Positions 63,058 through 64,000 of a stretch of DNA of 64,000 nt are shown here, one piece after another. Made by a program: the position numbers and the translations under genes. The first letter of the stretch is position 1. Each line of letters opens with the position of its first letter. Below the pieces are notes generated by a model that was given only the letters and a program-made list of their open reading frames with translations, had not been told where the DNA came from and searched no databases. This DNA is from Eledone cirrhosa (taxonomy: Eukaryota): NCBI GenBank assembly GCA_964016885.1, contig OZ024745.1, positions 43,710,001-43,774,000 on the forward strand, given 5' to 3'.

Positions 63058-63449
63058 TTAAATCAAGACTGTTTTAGAAAAAAGCCATGAATCAATCTGC
63101 TAAACATCACTTTAGTACATCAATATTTGTAGACTTGGGTGCACTTTTGATTCTACCAACCATTTACTAATATGCAAATCACCATCACAATATAACATCT
63201 ATTTTCTATGCTTGCATGGGTTATACAGGCTGTTGCTTGCTGAAGCCAGACCAGTCAGGTGACCATATTCAGCTCATATACTCCATTTTGGTTTGGTTTC
63301 TATGGCTGGATGCCGTTCCTAACATCAATCACTTTACAGCATGTACTAGAAGCATTTTATCGTGACTCCAGCATTACCACTTTACAGGGTGGACTGTGTG
63401 CTTTTCATCATAACACCAGCACTACCACCTTACAGGGTGGACTATGTGC

Positions 63450-64000
63450 TTTTGTCATGGCAAAATAACTTCCAACTTACATATATTCTGCACCAAAACA
63501 ATTTTCATCCATTATTCCTAACCTACCTTGCATTGAGGCTATCTACCTCAACTATCTCAAATGTCATTACCTTCACCAATTTCAATATGTACAATTCCTT
63601 TTGGCTCTCCTCCTCATATAGAAACCACTGCTGCAGACAAAATTGTTTGCCATTCTGAACTGTCTGCATTCATTTGTCTTCTCATAGACTTACATCCTTG
63701 ACTGACACCACAACACTCCAAACACAACCTTGGACCAGCCATTATCTATTTACCACTCAATCATCTAATCAGTGCCTAATCAAAGCAACACCCTTTACCT
63801 TATTCTTTAATGCACAATCTTTGCCTCACCCCAACCCTCAGGTACTTGAAGTCATCTAATAAGGCAACCACTGCCAATTCTGTACAGATTACACTTCATA
63901 TCAAATGTGCTCCTCCTCTGCTCAAACAATAACTCTTGCTCTTTATGCTCTTCCACATCTTGCTGATGCAATCAGAGCCCAAGAAGTGATAGTGTCCTTT
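63450..64000 (+). mobile_element. Probable decayed CR1-like LINE endonuclease-region fragment
   Basis: NFNMYNSFWLSSS resembles GDFNxHNxxWL; C/A-rich coding-like composition. Confidence 0.4.

Noticed and set aside
59382-64000. Upstream short DREDQSILCT-type myosin exon
   Set aside because: Not found by eye; presumably beyond the window.

Overview
Eukaryotic, AT-rich, repeat-dense genomic DNA. The SINE, RTE and microsatellite content suggests a coleoid cephalopod, probably Octopus (inference). The whole window lies inside one minus-strand gene for the non-muscle myosin II heavy chain (zipper / MYH9-MYH10 co-ortholog). I mapped 29 constitutive coding exons by hand (about 4,089 nt, ~1,360 codons, all phases consistent). 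They run from the P-loop (59381) through the motor domain, IQ motifs and much of the coiled coil; the gene start lies beyond 64000 and its end before position 1. The two longest introns hide three frame-preserving candidate alternative exons. Two (18 nt and 48 nt) fall in loop 1 among UGCAUG/RBFOX motifs. The third is a 15-nt UGC-type microexon that would insert NSDGK directly between switch II and the relay helix. One intron is U12-type. The introns also carry an intact ~4.5-kb RTE LINE (endonuclease, RT, PHD-like finger, tandem-monomer 5' UTR), truncated or decayed RTE and CR1-like copies, mariner/maT remnants, TTAA MITEs, tRNA-derived SINEs with TSDs, a 63-bp-arm palindrome containing a hammerhead-ribozyme fold, a locally templated chimeric SINE insertion, and a 24-bp minisatellite. 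All calls are from manual reading; nothing was searched or computed externally.
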